NCBI GenBank assembly: GCA_905182785.1
Contig: CAJJDF010000020.1
Coordinates: 3,177 to 67,176, forward strand
Origin: an uncultured Flavobacteriales bacterium
GTDB taxonomy: Bacteria; Bacteroidota; Bacteroidia; Flavobacteriales_D; CAJJDF01
Reading direction: 5' to 3'
Length of the DNA stretch: 64,000 nt
The translations under genes were made by a program, and so were the position numbers. Under the pieces are notes generated by a model. The model had not been told where the DNA came from, ran no database searches, and saw only the letters and a list, made by a program, of their open reading frames with translations. Shown in pieces: positions 1 to 9,912 of this stretch (within the stretch, counting starts at the first letter, position 1; every line of letters starts with the position of its first letter).

Positions 1-483
1 ATGTCTCCGTAAATTTTTGCTTGTTGTTTTTTCCAGTTATAACCCAGGATATCGCCCATTAAGGAATCACTATATGCTGCATTTTCTGCATTTCCTTTTC
101 GTTGTGCTATCGCAAAATCTGGTATTCCTTCTAGAAATCTTGCTTTTTGAAGCCCATATATATTAAGATAAAACAATTGATTAAAATTATCTCCGTTACT
201 TTGAATTGTAGTATCAGACTGAAGATTTTTTATTATAGATTCTCTTGTGTCGAAGTTTAAATTATTTGCTTCCAATAATTCTACCAGAGAATCCATTTCC
301 ACATCTAACGGTTCTCTACCTGACAAATCAATAAATAATCGGTTGACGTAATTTTTAACTTTTATTGTAGGGACTCCATAATAATCTGGCGCTGTATTTC
401 CAGCAATAAATTTATCTTCTTTTTTGCATGACATCAATGCAAGAAAAATACTGGCTATAAAAATTATACTTAGTTTTTTCATC
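1..483 (-). CDS. Hypothetical lipoprotein (N-terminal part only; gene runs off the left edge)
   Basis: Reverse-strand ORF starting at the ATG at 483-481. It reads MKKLSIIFIASIFLALMSCKKEDK..., a signal peptide plus lipobox Cys, and stays open to position 1. No family recognised. Confidence 0.55.
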
Positions 484-656
484 TATAATATATATTAAAA
501 TGCTTATTAGATAAACCAATAGGTTTTCAGTCTACAATTTAATAAATATTATTATAAGTTGAAAGTTAATCTATTGTTAATTCTTTTTAAGAATACGTGA
601 TTAACTAAAAAAAAGTTGCCGTTTTTCAACCTTTTTTTTAGAAAACAGAAAGAACT

Positions 657-2189
657 TTATATAAGTTCCTCTTTTTTATTGTTTAATAGTTTAAAAAACA
701 AAAGATGTTTAGAGGTCTTTCCTTCAATTTTAATCCATTTTTTAAATTTAAAAAACCATTTTACTTGTCTAGAAATTAATCCTTTTTTGAAATAAGCCTC
801 TATAAATGGATGAACTTGAAGAATTAACCCTTTAGATTTGTCAGCATGCTCTATAGCATGTTTAATTTGATCTGTAATTAAAATTGCAGCTTGAACTTCT
901 CCAGTCCCATGACAAGTTGGACATTTTTCAGCCGTTTCTATAGATGTTTCTGGCCTCAGTCTTTGTCTTGTTATTTCAATTACACCAAATTTACTTGGAG
1001 GGATAAGATTATGCTTAGCTCTGTCAGAGCTCATTTTTTCTTTTAGGAATTTGTATAATTTTTGATTGTTTTCTTTTTTATACATATCAATAAAATCGAC
1101 AGCAATAATACCTCCCATGTCTCTAAGTCTTAAAACTCTTGCGACTTGTTCGGCTGCATCCAAATTTACTTGTAATGCATTTGCTTCTGCATCATTTTCC
1201 TTTCCTTTCCTATTTCCGCTATTTACATCTATCACGTGCATAGCTTCTGCATGGTCTATAATTAAATAACCTCCGTTAGGCATATCTACCTTACGACCAA
1301 AACTGGCTTTTATCTGCTTATGAATTCCATAATGTTGAAATACATCAGAATTTCCTTTATGAAGTTTTATTATTTTTGTTTTGTCTGGAGCTATTTTACT
1401 AATGTATTCTTTTAATTGAACATACATTACACTATCATTTACAATGATAGAATTAAAATCTTCATTCAATAAATCCCTTACGATAGCAGAGGCTTTATTT
1501 ATTTCTCCTAATATTTTTTTTGGAGGAATAACATCTTTTGCTTTAACATAAATAGATTCCCATTTATCTATAAGCTCTTGAAGATCTTCGTTTAACTCAG
1601 CAACTTTTCTTGTTTGAGCAACTGTCCTTATTATAACACCAAAGTTTTTTGGTCTTATGCTTTCAATTAATCTAACTAACCTGTTTTTTTCTTCTTGGTC
1701 ATCAATTTTTTGAGAAACAGAAACTTTATCCGAAAACGGAATTAAAACTAAATATCTTCCAGGAAGAGTTATTTCAGTAGTAATTTTTGGTCCCTTAGAT
1801 GAAATAGGTTCTTTAGTAATTTGAACCAACATTTTTTGATTAGAAGAAACACAATCTTTAATTTTACCATGTTTATCAATTTCTTTTTCCAAAGGAAAAT
1901 CGAATCTTGGCTTAGCATTAAATGCTATTTTAGCAGCTTTTTCAAATGATTTGTAATTTGCTCCTAAATCAGAATAGTGAAGAAATGCATCTTTCTCATA
2001 CCCTACATTCACAAATGCAGAATTTAGTCCAGGGTTAGTTCTTTTGACTTTCCCAAGGAATATATCTCCAGCCGAAATTGTGTTATTTTCCTCTTGTGAT
2101 TCGGTATGAACCTCAATTAAGTTTTTATCTTTTAAGAGAGCAATAACAACTTCCTCTGGTTTAGAGGATATTATTAAATCTAAACTCAC
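657..2189 (-). CDS. rng: Ribonuclease G/E family endoribonuclease
   Basis: 510-aa ORF with an S1-like N-terminus (GDIFLGKVKRTNPGLNSAFVNVGYEKDAFLH). It has RNase E/G core motifs (HVIDVNSG, GIIAVDFIDM) and a CPTCHGTG zinc-link. The size fits RNase G. Confidence 0.85.
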   Translation of the reverse strand: MSLDLIISSKPEEVVIALLKDKNLIEVHTESQEENNTISAGDIFLGKVKRTNPGLNSAFVNVGYEKDAFLHYSDLGANYKSFEKAAKIAFNAKPRFDFPLEKEIDKHGKIKDCVSSNQKMLVQITKEPISSKGPKITTEITLPGRYLVLIPFSDKVSVSQKIDDQEEKNRLVRLIESIRPKNFGVIIRTVAQTRKVAELNEDLQELIDKWESIYVKAKDVIPPKKILGEINKASAIVRDLLNEDFNSIIVNDSVMYVQLKEYISKIAPDKTKIIKLHKGNSDVFQHYGIHKQIKASFGRKVDMPNGGYLIIDHAEAMHVIDVNSGNRKGKENDAEANALQVNLDAAEQVARVLRLRDMGGIIAVDFIDMYKKENNQKLYKFLKEKMSSDRAKHNLIPPSKFGVIEITRQRLRPETSIETAEKCPTCHGTGEVQAAILITDQIKHAIEHADKSKGLILQVHPFIEAYFKKGLISRQVKWFFKFKKWIKIEGKTSKHLLFFKLLNNKKEELI

Positions 2190-2253
2190 AGTTGTTTTGT
2201 TAAATGAAAATTGATTGCATTAAAACTTTTTCACACAGGATGTGTAGAAACAC

Positions 2254-2281
2254 AAAAAACAAGATATTTAAATCTTGTTTT
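2254..2281 (-). terminator. Rho-independent terminator downstream of the bS22-like gene
   Basis: On the minus strand: stem AACAAGAT, loop TTAAAT, stem ATCTTGTT, followed by a T-run. Confidence 0.5.
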
Positions 2282-2313
2282 AAGGTTTAGTTAAAATGTT
2301 GTTTTTTAGAATT

Positions 2314-2406
2314 TTACTTCTTCTTTTTGTGGCGATTTTTTCTCAATCTTTTCTTTCTCTTGTGAGTCGCCATCTTATGTCTTTTTCTCTTTTTACCGCT
2401 TGGCAT
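2314..2406 (-). CDS. Small basic ribosomal protein, bS22-like (AURKAIP1/COX24-type)
   Basis: 31-codon ORF below the ORF-track cutoff, from the ATG at 2406 to the TAA at 2316-2314. It encodes MPSGKKRKRHKMATHKRKKRLRKNRHKKKK. The KKRKR-x-KM-x2-HKRKK-x-LR pattern resembles the bS22 family as I recall it from Actinobacteria and Bacteroidota. A terminator hairpin follows. Confidence 0.7.
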   Translation of the reverse strand: MPSGKKRKRHKMATHKRKKRLRKNRHKKKK

Positions 2407-2411
2407 ATCTT

Positions 2412-2876
2412 TTAATTTTTGTTAATTATATTAATTCTTTCTTCTATGTCTATTACAAGGTCAGATTTTTTATTTAAAGTTTTGGCTTTAATCAAATTAT
2501 CTAACGATTTTTGTCTTTCGCTATTTAAAAAATAGGCATCCGACAAATAGATTAATCCACTAACTTTATCCTCCCCACCAGTTAAACTGACAAATTTTTC
2601 GAAACGACCTATGGCCTTCTCATATTGTTGAGACTGCATGGATAATTTTCCAAGCTCCCATATTGCATCTATGTTGTTCTCGTCTTTTTCGAGAATACCT
2701 CTAAGCAACATTACACCTTTCATTGGTTGACCATTTTGAATCATTTGAGAAGCTTTTTTTATATCAACTTCATCTTGATTTATTGATGGTTTCCTTGATA
2801 GGAATTGCAAAGATACTAAAATAATAAGAGCTCCTGCTAAAATTATTGAAAATATTTTTAAAAAGGAACTCTTCAT
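2412..2876 (-). CDS. Membrane-anchored TPR-like repeat protein
   Basis: 154-aa ORF with an N-terminal hydrophobic anchor (FSIILAGALIILVSL) and TPR-like helices (AIWELGKLSMQSQQYEKAIGRFEKF). Confidence 0.6.
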   Translation of the reverse strand: MKSSFLKIFSIILAGALIILVSLQFLSRKPSINQDEVDIKKASQMIQNGQPMKGVMLLRGILEKDENNIDAIWELGKLSMQSQQYEKAIGRFEKFVSLTGGEDKVSGLIYLSDAYFLNSERQKSLDNLIKAKTLNKKSDLVIDIEERINIINKN

Positions 2877-2899
2877 TATTGTTTAATTTTTACTGTAAG

Positions 2900-3190
2900 T
2901 TATTTTACTTTTACTTTCTTCTTCACATCATTAGCAAAATCTCTTGCTGGTTTAAATGCTGGAATGTTGTGTGCTGGTATAATAACTGAAGTGTTTTTAG
3001 AGATATTTCTTCCTGTTTTCTTAGCTCTTTTTTTAATAATAAAGCTACCGAAACCTCTTAAGTAAACGTTTTCACCTTTAGTCATGTTTCCTTTTACAGT
3101 TTCCATGAAAGATTCTACTGTTTTTAATACTACAGCTTTTTCTATTCCAGTTTTTCCTGAAATTTGTTCAACTATTTCTGCTTTTGTCAT
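2900..3190 (-). CDS. hup: HU family DNA-binding protein
   Basis: 96-aa ORF with the HU/IHF arm signature (RGFGSFIIKKRAKKTGRNISKNTSVIIPAHNIPAFKP). Confidence 0.85.
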   Translation of the reverse strand: MTKAEIVEQISGKTGIEKAVVLKTVESFMETVKGNMTKGENVYLRGFGSFIIKKRAKKTGRNISKNTSVIIPAHNIPAFKPARDFANDVKKKVKVK

Positions 3191-3233
3191 TGTTTTAGTT
3201 TTAGTTAGTTAATAATTTTAGCCCAAAATGTTA

Positions 3234-3241
3234 TAAATTTG
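3234..3241 (+). promoter_or_regulatory. Candidate Bacteroidota -7 promoter box (TAnnTTTG) upstream of mutY
   Basis: Exact TAAATTTG, 57 nt upstream of the mutY start, in the divergent HU/mutY spacer. Confidence 0.3.
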
Positions 3242-3297
3242 ACTACTTTCTCAAAAGTTGATACAAACATAAACAATTTTTTGCTATAAAGTGCTAA

Positions 3298-4386
3298 GTG
3301 TTTTTACTTAGTTTTTTTAATTATATAATTGATAATCCATTGGTTAAACAAAAATTCTTAAATAGTCTATTCTCTTGGTATAGTTTTAACAAACGCGATT
3401 TGCCTTTTAGACATACAGTAAACCCTTATTACATATGGCTTTCTGAGATAATTTTACAACAAACACGTGTTGCTCAAGGCCTCCCATATTACGAAAAATT
3501 TGTAAATCTTTTTCCTACAATTATTCATTTGGCACAAGCTGAAGAAAAAGATGTTTTAAATGCTTGGCAAGGTTTAGGATATTATTCTAGAGCAAGAAAT
3601 TTACATTTTACTGCTAAATTTGTTGTTAATGAATTAAATTCTAAATTTCCAACCTCCTATGCAGAGTTAATAAAGTTAAAAGGAATTGGCGATTACACAG
3701 CTTCAGCAATTGCTTCTTTTTCTAGTAAAGAAGTTGTTCCGGTTTTGGATGGAAATGTATATCGTTTTATGAGTAGGATGTATGGAATAGAAACACCTAT
3801 AAACACTCCAAAAGCTATTAAAGAGTTTAAAATTGTTCTAAATGAATTAATTGACCACAGTAATCCTGATATTTTTAATCAGGCAATTATTGAGTTTGGA
3901 GCTTTACATTGTATTCCTAAGTCTCCAGATTGTGAAAATTGCCCTTTTTTAGAAAATTGCTATTCATTTAGCAAAAATAGGGTAAAAGATTTTCCTGTAA
4001 AACTTAAAAAGAAAAAATCTGTTAACCGATTTTTAAATTTTTACTTATTAAATGAAGAGGATTCATTTTATATATTAAAAAGGGAAAGTGATGCAATTTG
4101 GAAAAACTTGTATGAATTTCCTAACAAAGAATCTGAAGAGTTATTTGATAATGAAAAGATTAGTGTAAGCTTAAGTTCTGGTGTTTCTTTAAGACAAGTT
4201 GTTGGTCCTTTTAAACACATTTTGTCTCATCAAAATATACAAGCAAAATTATTTATTTGTGAGATAAATGATAGAAATGTACTCCAAGACAATTGGATTA
4301 AGGTTGATTCTAAAACACTAGAAAATTATCCTATTCATAGGTTGATGGAAAAAATGATTCATAATACCGAGAAGTTAGTTAAATAG
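3298..4386 (+). CDS. mutY: A/G-specific adenine DNA glycosylase
   Basis: HhH-GPD motifs (PYYIWLSEIILQQTRV, GIGDYTASAI) and a 4Fe-4S cluster C-x6-C-x2-C-x5-C (CIPKSPDCENCPFLENC). It also has a NUDIX-like C-terminal domain. The GTG start is uncertain. Confidence 0.85.
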   Translation: MFLLSFFNYIIDNPLVKQKFLNSLFSWYSFNKRDLPFRHTVNPYYIWLSEIILQQTRVAQGLPYYEKFVNLFPTIIHLAQAEEKDVLNAWQGLGYYSRARNLHFTAKFVVNELNSKFPTSYAELIKLKGIGDYTASAIASFSSKEVVPVLDGNVYRFMSRMYGIETPINTPKAIKEFKIVLNELIDHSNPDIFNQAIIEFGALHCIPKSPDCENCPFLENCYSFSKNRVKDFPVKLKKKKSVNRFLNFYLLNEEDSFYILKRESDAIWKNLYEFPNKESEELFDNEKISVSLSSGVSLRQVVGPFKHILSHQNIQAKLFICEINDRNVLQDNWIKVDSKTLENYPIHRLMEKMIHNTEKLVK

Positions 4387-4447
4387 CTTTATTTGAATTA
4401 TTTCTTTGTATATCTTGATTTCATTTAGTATTTTGAATGAATAATTG

Positions 4448-4455
4448 TAAATTTG
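4448..4455 (+). promoter_or_regulatory. Candidate Bacteroidota -7 promoter box upstream of ssb
   Basis: Exact TAAATTTG ending 18 nt before the ssb ATG. Confidence 0.35.
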
Positions 4456-4473
4456 TAAAAAATAAAATTAGCC

Positions 4474-4899
4474 ATGGCAGGAGTAAATAAAGTTATATTA
4501 ATAGGAAACTTAGGAAAAGACCCTGAAGTTAGACATTTGGAGAGTGGGGCAGTGGTTGCAAATTTTCCTATTGCTACTTCCGAAACTTATAAAGACAGAA
4601 AGACAGGAGAAAAAATTACTCAAACTGAATGGCATAATATTGTAATTTGGAGAGGTTTAGCAGAGGTGGCTGAAAAATATTTAAAAAAAGGAAATTCTGT
4701 TTATATAGAAGGAAAGCTAAGAACAAGGTCTTGGGATGATAAAGAAGGAAACAAAAGATATACGACAGAAATTGTTGCCGATAACATGACAATGTTAGGA
4801 GGGAAATCTGATTCTGGTTCATCTTCTGATAATAGTGGTTCGCAAGAGTCTGCTTCTTCAGCATTTGAAGGTGATTCGAGTGGTGATTTACCGTTTTAA
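4474..4899 (+). CDS. ssb: Single-stranded DNA-binding protein
   Basis: OB-fold N-terminus ([20 protein letters not shown] ... [10 protein letters not shown]), a Gly/Ser-rich linker and an acidic tail ending DLPF. Confidence 0.95.
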   Translation: MAGVNKVILIGNLGKDPEVRHLESGAVVANFPIATSETYKDRKTGEKITQTEWHNIVIWRGLAEVAEKYLKKGNSVYIEGKLRTRSWDDKEGNKRYTTEIVADNMTMLGGKSDSGSSSDNSGSQESASSAFEGDSSGDLPF

Positions 4900-4926
4900 T
4901 TTTAATTTTCACTAAACTATAACTAA

Positions 4927-6255
4927 TTGGAACTTCCCAGTATCGAGCCTCTCAGGGGGCTTCTTTTTACATTTAATACGATATCAATTTCAATTATTAT
5001 TGCAATAGCTGTGATGGTAATTTTACTTGTCCTTTCTGCTTTAGTCTCGGGCTCTGAAGTTGCTTTTTTCTCCTTAGACGCAAAGGATAAGGAAGCTTTG
5101 AATAGCAATAAAGACAATATCTCTACCCGAGTTTTGGATTTATTAGCTAGACCAAAGAGGTTATTAGCGACTATACTTATTGCTAATAATTTTGTAAATA
5201 TCGCCATTGTTATTCTTTCTACTTTTATCATCAACAACTTGTGTGATTTTGAAGGAAATAAAATAGCAGAGTTTGTTACAACTGTTGTTATTGCTACATT
5301 TCTTATTTTAATGGTGGGAGAAGTTATTCCTAAAGTTTACGCTACGAATAACAGTATAAAGTTGGCAAAATTCATGTCTACTCCTATCGTTATTATTGGA
5401 AAAATATTTTCGCCATTAAGCATGTTGCTTGTGAAAAGTACTTCCTTTATTGATAAGAGAATTAAAAAATCGGCTACAGAGATATCTGTCCATGATTTGG
5501 ATCATGCGCTTGAGATTACCGAGATAGAAGGGGTGACAGAAGAGGATAGAAAAATACTGGAGGGGATTGTCAAATTTGGAGAAACAGACGTAAAACAAAT
5601 TATGAAATCCAGGGTGGATGTTATTGCTTTTGACGAGAATGAAGAGTTTTCAGTGTTACTAGAGCAAATAATTGAAAATGGATATTCGAGATTGCCTATT
5701 TACAAGGAATCATTCGATAATGTGACAGGTATGTTGTACGTAAAAGATTTGTTACCACATTTACACAAAGAAAAATTTGATTGGAATACTTTGCTGAGAG
5801 AGCCGTTTTTTGTACCGGAAAGCAAGAAAATAGATGATTTATTAAGGCAGTTTCAAGAGACTAAAATACACATTGCTATTGTTGCTGATGAATATGGAGG
5901 TACTTCCGGTATTGTAACCTTAGAAGATGTGATAGAAGAAATTATTGGTGAAATTTCGGATGAATTTGATGATGACGACCTTGTTTATTCTAAGATTGAT
6001 GATAATAATTTTGTGTTCGAAGGTAAAATATCTTTAGTAGACATGTACAAAGTAATGGATATCGATGGAGAGGTATTTGAGGAAGAAAAAGGAGAATCCG
6101 ATTCATTAGCAGGTTTTTTAATTGAGCAATCAGGTAAAATAATGAAGAAACATGAGCGTATGAAGTTTGATGATTATTTGTTTGAAGTGGAAGCAGCGGA
6201 CAAACGAAGAATTAAGCAAGTGAAAGTAACGCGTAAACCAGAAGATAATGAATAA
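4927..6255 (+). CDS. gldE: Gliding motility-associated protein GldE (DUF21-CBS-CorC/HlyC)
   Basis: Multi-pass membrane domain, CBS pair and CorC/HlyC C-terminal domain. It sits in the mutY-ssb-gldE-gldD order typical of Flavobacteriia. The TTG start is uncertain. Confidence 0.75.
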   Translation: MELPSIEPLRGLLFTFNTISISIIIAIAVMVILLVLSALVSGSEVAFFSLDAKDKEALNSNKDNISTRVLDLLARPKRLLATILIANNFVNIAIVILSTFIINNLCDFEGNKIAEFVTTVVIATFLILMVGEVIPKVYATNNSIKLAKFMSTPIVIIGKIFSPLSMLLVKSTSFIDKRIKKSATEISVHDLDHALEITEIEGVTEEDRKILEGIVKFGETDVKQIMKSRVDVIAFDENEEFSVLLEQIIENGYSRLPIYKESFDNVTGMLYVKDLLPHLHKEKFDWNTLLREPFFVPESKKIDDLLRQFQETKIHIAIVADEYGGTSGIVTLEDVIEEIIGEISDEFDDDDLVYSKIDDNNFVFEGKISLVDMYKVMDIDGEVFEEEKGESDSLAGFLIEQSGKIMKKHERMKFDDYLFEVEAADKRRIKQVKVTRKPEDNE

Positions 6256-6820
6256 GATTTGGATAGTTTTTGTGGTTAGTTTTGTTGTGTTTTACGGCTG
6301 TAAAAGTGAAAACTATTACCCAAAACCAATGGGTTTCCATAGAATAGATTTTCCAGAAAACATACAAAGGAAAACGTATGAAGGAAATTGTCCATTTACA
6401 TTTCAATATCCTATTTTTGCATCTGTACAGGACAAAGATAGGTGCAATCAAAATATAGCTTTTCCTAAGTTTAAAGCATTGTTACATTGTACTAATATAC
6501 AATTCGATGATACGAAGATGAACAATTTATTTTATCACTCGGAATACTCCAGAAAACTAGCTTATGAGCATAGAATAAAAGCAGATGCAATTAACGAAAC
6601 GGCTTATACCAATGATTCTCTAGGCGTGTATGGAGTTACTTATGAAATTATAGGAGATGTAGCTTGTAACTATCAATTTTTCTTGACAGACAGTACCAAT
6701 AATTTCTACAGAGGTTCTCTTTATTTCAATGTGCCTCCAAATTTAGATTCACTAAGACCTGTATTGAATTATTTGAAAGAAAATATCAATACTATGATTG
6801 GTACTTTTGATTGGAAGTAG
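6248..6820 (+). CDS. gldD: Gliding motility lipoprotein GldD
   Basis: 190-aa lipoprotein (VVFYGC lipobox) overlapping gldE by 8 nt. Segments PKPMGFHRIDFP, TDSTNNFYRGSLYF and PNLDSLRP match my recollection of the GldD family. Synteny supports the call. Confidence 0.7.
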   Translation: MNKIWIVFVVSFVVFYGCKSENYYPKPMGFHRIDFPENIQRKTYEGNCPFTFQYPIFASVQDKDRCNQNIAFPKFKALLHCTNIQFDDTKMNNLFYHSEYSRKLAYEHRIKADAINETAYTNDSLGVYGVTYEIIGDVACNYQFFLTDSTNNFYRGSLYFNVPPNLDSLRPVLNYLKENINTMIGTFDWK

Positions 6821-7196
6821 TTTCTGCGGAATGGTTAGAATAGATTAGTTATATCCATTATCTTTACTCATTGGAATTAGACATAATGAAATAGGATTAA
6901 AAATGATAATTTTACATATTAATTTCCAATTTGACTTTATAAAATATAAAATAACTAAACCGTAAATAGGTATTTGAATAATGGCTAAGTAAAAATGCTA
7001 AATCAGTAATTTGATTATTTATTCCTGCAATAATCATAGGAAGTGGAAAAAAAACACTTTTGCAAATAAATATGTGCCATGTAAACCACCCATAAAAAGG
7101 ATTACTATAAAAAATAAAAAGGGTGTAGCTATGCTGTCCAAATTAATATTGGCAAACCTTTAAGAGATTCCTCTTTATCACTAGACCTTGTTTCAT

Positions 7197-7239
7197 TCCA
7201 AAAACTATTCACAAATTACTTTTTACTTCTCACTAAAAA
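7197..7239. repeat. Dispersed ~40-nt intergenic repeat, copy A
   Basis: CCAAAAACTATTCACAAATTACTTTTTACTTCTCACTAAAAA is near-identical to 12565-12605. Confidence 0.75.
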
Positions 7240-7243
7240 AGAT

Positions 7244-8650
7244 TTAACTCTTATACCTAATCCATTTAAACATCTCTTTGTAAGTCACCTTCTTACCGTA
7301 CATAAGAATTCCTACTTTGTAGATTCTTGACCCAATCCAGGTTGTTCCAATAAATGTTAAGATTAGTAAACTGATAGAAAGTAATACTTCCCATACTTCA
7401 GCATTACCCATTGCAATTCTTACCAACATAGCGATTGGCGAAGTAAATGGAATCATAGATAACCAAAACATGGCACTACCTTCTGGGTTTGTGAATACGG
7501 ATAGCTGAGTTACATACAATCCTAACATTAACGGTAGCATTACTGGGACCATAAATTGTTGAGTGTCTGTTTCGCTATCTACAGCAGCACCAATTGCAGC
7601 ATATAATGCAGAATATAAAAAGTATCCCCCTAAGAAATATACAAGAAAAGAAGAGATTAAAGCTAACCAGGGAAGGTTAAATATAGCTGAAATCATTTCG
7701 TTTGCTTTCCCTCCTGTAGCTTTAGTTAGATCTGTAGAGCTCATTTCTGCTACTGTATCTGGAGATAGATTAACTCCAACAACTGCAGTCATTATTGTAA
7801 TTAAAACACCAGTAAGAATTATCCAGAATATGAATTGGGTTAGACCTACCAATCCTATTCCGATAATCTTTCCCATCATAATTTGAAACGGTTTAACCGA
7901 AGAAATAATAACTTCAATAATTCTACTCGTTTTTTCTTCTATTACACCTCTCATCACCTGCATACCAAATGTAAGGATGAACATCAAGATTAAAATAGAA
8001 AACCCAAACCCAATACCTGCAGCAATTTTAAAGTCTGCTTTTTCTTCTTTTAGATTTCCGTTTTCATCCATGTTTGAGGATGCCAAAGCTGTCAGTCCAA
8101 CTTTTGTTTTTATTCGGTCAAATTTCACTTTGTCAACCTGTTCAATTTCCATCAATAGAGCTTCTCTAGCATCATTAATCAATCGATTTATTTTAGTTTC
8201 TGTAATAGAGTTAGGAGCAGATTTATAAATTAGATTTGCTTTTCCATCCGATTGATCGACTAAATTTTTTGGTAAAAAAACTAAATAATTGAAATCAGAA
8301 TTCTCTTTTTGAAACCTTTTAATTGCTTCAGAATAACTTCCTGTTGCTTCAAATAATTCTATTTGGTTTTTCTCAACTATTTGTTTGTCTTCGCCTAGTA
8401 CTTCGTTATTCTTTACTTTTTTTGCTCTTTCTTCTTTTTGTAAAAGATCCATTCCTTCATACATAATAGTAGTTTCGTCTACAACCAACACTTTGTAATC
8501 TTCGTCTTTTGGCATTGCTAAGAAAATAATCAAAGCAAAAAAACCTGCAAATAGGAAAGGAGCGAAAACAGTCATCAAAATGAATGATTTCTTTTTTACT
8601 CTTGTTAAGTATTCTCTTTTAATTATTAACCCAGTTTTATTATTACTCAT
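7244..8650 (-). CDS. ABC-2 / NatB-type transporter permease
   Basis: 468-aa ORF with an N-terminal TM helix, a large external loop and a C-terminal bundle of TM helices. It lies 11 nt downstream of the ATPase gene. Confidence 0.75.
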   Translation of the reverse strand: MSNNKTGLIIKREYLTRVKKKSFILMTVFAPFLFAGFFALIIFLAMPKDEDYKVLVVDETTIMYEGMDLLQKEERAKKVKNNEVLGEDKQIVEKNQIELFEATGSYSEAIKRFQKENSDFNYLVFLPKNLVDQSDGKANLIYKSAPNSITETKINRLINDAREALLMEIEQVDKVKFDRIKTKVGLTALASSNMDENGNLKEEKADFKIAAGIGFGFSILILMFILTFGMQVMRGVIEEKTSRIIEVIISSVKPFQIMMGKIIGIGLVGLTQFIFWIILTGVLITIMTAVVGVNLSPDTVAEMSSTDLTKATGGKANEMISAIFNLPWLALISSFLVYFLGGYFLYSALYAAIGAAVDSETDTQQFMVPVMLPLMLGLYVTQLSVFTNPEGSAMFWLSMIPFTSPIAMLVRIAMGNAEVWEVLLSISLLILTFIGTTWIGSRIYKVGILMYGKKVTYKEMFKWIRYKS

Positions 8651-8661
8651 AATTCAATCTT

Positions 8662-9594
8662 TTAGCTTGTCAATTGGTTGTTTTTCTCTACTACTTCAAT
8701 GAAAATCTCACTCATTGTTGGGATTATTTCATTGACTTGTTTTAACTCAATATCTTCTTTTATTAAGGAAGTAAGTAAACTATTAAGGCTGTTGTTATTC
8801 AATAATTTCACGGTTGCCCTGTGATTATCTTTGTCAAATGATTGTTTGTCTACCAAGTCAAAATTTGTCCAAAGGGCATTGGAAAATCCAATCATATTTC
8901 CTTTGAAATCAATTTCGTACATGTTTTTACTAAACTCTTGTTTGATATCAGACACTTTTCCATCCAATATTTTTTTCGAAGAATTGATTAGGGCAATGTT
9001 ATCACAAATTTCTTCTACAGAACCCATGTTGTGTGTAGATAAAAATATCGTAGCTCCATTGTCTTTTAACTGCATTATCTCACTTTTGATAAGGTTTGCA
9101 TTTATTGGGTCAAATCCACTAAAGGGCTCGTCCAAAATCAAAATTTTAGGCTTGTGAAGTACCGTAGTAATAAACTGTATTTTTTGAGCCATACCTTTTG
9201 ATAATTCTTCTACTTTTTTGTCCCACCAACTTCCAATCTCAAATTTCTCGAACCAGTTTTGAAGTTCTCTTTTTGCATCATGTTTACTCATTCCTTTCAG
9301 TTGAGCTAAGTACATTGCTTGTTCTCCAATCTTCATTTTTTTATACAAACCCCTTTCTTCGGGCAAATATCCAATGTCTTTTATATGCTTAGGTCCCAGG
9401 GCTTCTCCATTTATTAATATCTCTCCAGAATCTTGTCCAGTAATTTGATTAATAATTCTTATTAAAGACGTTTTGCCAGCTCCGTTAGGACCAAGTAATC
9501 CAAATATAGTTTGTTCTTTCACACTTAAACTAACATCATTCAATGCTACATGGTTGTGGTAAGATTTGTTTATGTTTTTTGCTTCAAAAATCAT
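8662..9594 (-). CDS. ABC transporter ATP-binding protein
   Basis: Walker A GPNGAGKTS, signature LSKGMAQK, Walker B ILILDEP and H-loop STHN. Confidence 0.9.
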   Translation of the reverse strand: MIFEAKNINKSYHNHVALNDVSLSVKEQTIFGLLGPNGAGKTSLIRIINQITGQDSGEILINGEALGPKHIKDIGYLPEERGLYKKMKIGEQAMYLAQLKGMSKHDAKRELQNWFEKFEIGSWWDKKVEELSKGMAQKIQFITTVLHKPKILILDEPFSGFDPINANLIKSEIMQLKDNGATIFLSTHNMGSVEEICDNIALINSSKKILDGKVSDIKQEFSKNMYEIDFKGNMIGFSNALWTNFDLVDKQSFDKDNHRATVKLLNNNSLNSLLTSLIKEDIELKQVNEIIPTMSEIFIEVVEKNNQLTS

Positions 9595-9750
9595 GGTTGG
9601 TATTTTAGTTAAGTAAAATTAAGAAAAGCATTCTTATTCCCAATTAAATAATGTTAAATGGTTGAGATTAATGTTGAGAGGAGGTTTTGTAAGGTTAGAT
9701 ATTTGAGAAATGACTGAAGAGAAAAGGACTTGCGATTAAGGTTCATACGA

Positions 9751-9777
9751 AAACACTTCGACTCCGCTCAGTGTGAC
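9751..9777. repeat. REP-like element, single arm (AAACACTTCGACTCCGCTCAGTG)
   Basis: 23 of 23 nt identical to 17247-17269. It lies in a 318-bp spacer. Confidence 0.7.
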
Positions 9778-9856
9778 TGTAAAAGGGCGAAGAATTTAAT
9801 ATACAGCAATTCCCTTTTAGTAATCTCTGGGGTAAATTTCCCAAGAGTTAAAAGTC

Positions 9857-9892
9857 AAAAAAAAAGCTCCATTCTAATTAAATAATGGAGCT
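9857..9892 (-). terminator. Rho-independent terminator after the M49 peptidase gene
   Basis: Stem AGCTCCATT / AATGGAGCT with a T-run on the minus strand. Confidence 0.6.
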
Positions 9893-9912
9893 TGAAATTA
9901 TTTTAATATCTC

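Noticed and set aside
6821-7243. A 420-bp gap after gldD with small minus-strand ORFs (19 aa and 41 aa, hydrophobic) that could be joined across a T8 run into a small membrane protein or pseudogene.
   Set aside because: Joining them requires an assumed frameshift. No start context or family similarity is recognisable, and AT-rich sequence yields such hydrophobic mini-ORFs by chance. Only the 40-nt repeat at its 3' end is reported.
9595-9750. Possible small RNA gene (SRP, 6S, RNase P or tmRNA) in the 318-bp spacer upstream of the ABC ATPase gene. The same question applies to the 61.1-61.6 kb gap.
   Set aside because: None of the conserved cores I can recognise by eye is present: the SRP GGAA/AGCAG helix-8 motif, RNase P GAGGAAAGTCC, or the tmRNA tRNA-like 3' end with the TTCGA loop. 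An sRNA cannot be excluded without expression data.
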